A DNA stretch of 63,416 bases, filler included, from Octopus bimaculoides (Eukaryota), in NCBI RefSeq assembly GCF_001194135.2. It is 3 parts of 3 records of this genome, joined end to end, with 100 filler letters (N's around TTAATTAATTAA, not from the genome) between each part and the next. Parts side by side here need not be neighbours in the genome. Positions count along the whole stretch, not along the records: positions 46,997 to 63,416 come from NC_068990.1; 2 more parts are not named here. One strand, given 5' to 3'. Below the pieces are notes generated by a model. It did no database searches, was not told the DNA's origin, and worked only from the letters and a program-made list of their open reading frames with translations. The position numbers were made by a program, and so were the translations under genes. Within the stretch, counting starts at the first letter, position 1, and the number at the start of each line of letters is the position of its first letter. Below, piece by piece: positions 60,545 to 63,416 of this stretch.

Positions 60545-61649
60545 TAAATACCAGAACAGTACATAAAAAGATGCGCAAAGACGCAAACATACTATAGATA
60601 TATAAACATACTATAGATAAATAAAATAAACTACACACATACAAATATGCATATAAGCATAACCAAAACATAAAAGACACACCCACACATACTTATAAAC
60701 ACAAACGTGTACATAAAAACACACAATACATAAAATAAATACACACGTACGCCACCTATACACTTCTACAAAACAAGTACATTAACTGAGATGAAAAATC
60801 AAGAAAACATATTGAAGAGTAACGAGCGTCAATATACAAATAAGTATTGACAATGGGTATAAAGCAGTGAAGTTTGTACAGATATCTCATTGATATCATT
60901 TCACAAAGTCTTTCACGTCCATTTTAATCTTTTGATATTTACTCTCTCTCTATCTATCTACATATATATGTCTATATAATCAGTTTGTTATTCCTCTATT
61001 TTCTCTCTCTCTCTGCTCTTTTCTTTCTTTCACTCTCTCATTTTCCTTTTATTTATTTATTTATGTTTTTTTCTCTTCTCTAAGCAATGATTGTTAAGTG
61101 CGTGTCAAAGTTAGCATGTTCAAACTCTGAACCGACAGTTTGTCAAACTTACAAACTTGCAATATTCTATTTTTCTATTCTATGCAAATCTATTAATTGT
61201 TGTCCACTTTACAAATAACATAGAGCATGTTTGCATTTTATTCCAGTTTCCTTTCTTACCCAAATATTTTTCTTTTTTCTTATCTATTTTGAATGGATCA
61301 TGTCACAACACTAAATTGAGCAACACATACATAAACCCTACATAAACAACATACAAACATATATATACACACACACACACAAATACATATACACGAACGT
61401 TTGTGCTCATATCTGTTCGATATGTTTGTATGTATTTATGTCTATATGTATATGTAATTGTCTTTACATATATATATATATAAATGTAAATGTATGAGTG
61501 TATGTGTGCAAAAACGTTCGTTCGTGTATGCATATATATATGCGCGTTTGTAAATCGCGCTCTGTACATCGTAATGTTTATAATTTTGAAAGAAACTTCC
61601 TACATTGAAGCGGGATGTTGTGCATGAATGAGAGAGCGTGAATTGCATA

Positions 61650-61699
61650 AACAAGTGTTTCACTAATAGCCATATACATATATACATATACATATATAC

Positions 61700-61752
<53 letters not shown>

Positions 61753-61990
61753 CGCACATATGTATACACATATATACATACACATATATATATACGTAAA
61801 TATATATACATATGTACAGATATATATATACATACACATATATATATATGTAAATATATATACATAGACATATATACATATATACATACATATATATACA
61901 TACATATGTGTACATATATACATACATATACATATATATATACACATATATACATATACATACATATATACACACACATAAAGACATACA
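61650..61990. repeat. Compound (TA)n/(TACA)n microsatellite
   Basis: Read directly from the sequence; source of the YIYV pseudo-ORFs. Confidence 0.95.
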
Positions 61991-63002
61991 TATCCTTTAT
62001 GATTAACCTAACATCAAACCTACCATCACCCCTTTTGTGGTGATTTGCTTTTCAAAGCACTTTTTTTTACAACTTCTCTTTGTTTTACAATTTTTTTCTC
62101 CCTTACAATATGTCATAAGGTGATATACACTGAACTATATTCTTTTTTTTTTTTTGTATAATTTCATAGGACCCACACGCCATAACGGTGAATTTGGCAA
62201 ACTTTAAACTACCTTTCTATATCTATATATATTTTTTATATGCAGTTTTCTGTTTAAAAAAATTGTTTATATTCGAGGTTTTTTTTTTCTTGGTCTCCAT
62301 TCTTTCCATTTTTTCTTAGCTATTCACCCCATCTTCATCGTTTTTTTTTATTCCGATTCTGTTTATTTATTCATTATTTATATATTTATTTATTTCAAGT
62401 TAGAATTCATCTTTTACACGCCAACCGCTAAAATATCAAATCGGGAGACATCGTTGTTACAATAACATCTTTCCCTGAATTTATCCTTTAAGAATTTTCT
62501 CTATCACAAATGGAATGACAGAACAACATAGAAATTGTTCGCAATGTTGAAAAAACATAAATGACAACAAAGAAAGAAAGAAAGCTGGAAAGAAAGAAAG
62601 AAAGAAAGAATGGATGGATGAATGTGAATGAATGAAAAAAATAACTATAACATTGCGAAATAAAATGATACAAACAAATGCCGAAACAATATACGACATA
62701 CAATGTAAAAGCTAGAAAAATAGATATACAAGAGGAAAAGGGGGGAGGAGGAGAGAAGAAGAAGGAATAGAAAAAAAAGAGGAAGAATAAAGGAGGAGGA
62801 GGAGGAGGAGGAGGGGGAGAGAAGAGGAGGGGGAGAGAAGAGGATGAAGAGGGGGAGGAGAAAGAGAGGAAGACGACATATAGATATAGATGGAGAAGAA
62901 GAAGAAGAAGAGGCCGTTCGTGAAGAATGAAGGATGCAGAAAGAAAGCTAAGAAAGAAAACAAAACCGATAAACAAGGACTGACGAAATGAAGCGAATCA
63001 TA

Positions 63003-63066
<64 letters not shown>

Positions 63067-63416
63067 TAACAATAACAATAATAATGATGAAAAATAATAT
63101 ATATAATAATATAAATAATAATAGTAACAACAATAACAGTACGAAGTTGTAATGTTTAAAGATATAAGTAAACAAAACGGCAAACATTTCAGATTAAAGC
63201 TAAACGTATTTTATCTTTAGACTATGTGATGTTGTTGGACATATGTTTTTTTTTACCACAGCACAATTACTCTACTATTGTGTGCTGTGCATTTCTATAA
63301 CAACACATTATTTCTATATGCTTTTGCAAAAAAAGTAAAAAGGGAAAATGCGAAAACATCGTTACAAGAAACTACAATTATAACAATACAAGTAAATTAT
63401 ATATATATATATGTAT

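Overview
AT-rich, microsatellite-dense eukaryotic DNA with about 10 kb of N gaps (~16%). The repeat content (several tRNA-derived SINE families, mariner/maT/Tc1, Penelope-like, RTE and Helitron relics) looks like a coleoid cephalopod, probably Octopus; this is inference from recognising the repeats, not a database result. No complete protein-coding gene is present, and nearly all long ORFs in the supplied track are microsatellite or gap artefacts. The window reads best as the 5' part of one large minus-strand gene. Its first clear coding exon (2690-2258) encodes a signal peptide, MQELRMISRLCYIASLMLLASLNLGLCQAPEHL, and ends at a phase-1 GTGAGT donor; the rest of the gene lies left of the window. 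Further minus-strand exon-like units (45032-44936, from 43365, 42890-42792, ~38194-37966) suggest a multi-exon leader with uORFs, a possible spliced 63-aa hydrophobic microprotein and a possible alternative N-terminus. The introns are filled with dead transposons. The most notable hidden signals are: minimal type-I hammerhead ribozyme motifs (two with a complete core) in short Penelope-related repeats; an intron-bearing Tc1; a solo LTR nested in an RTE LINE with a perfect TSD; inverted SINE arrangements that could form dsRNA; and an orientation bias in one SINE family that fits selection against a cryptic splice acceptor.
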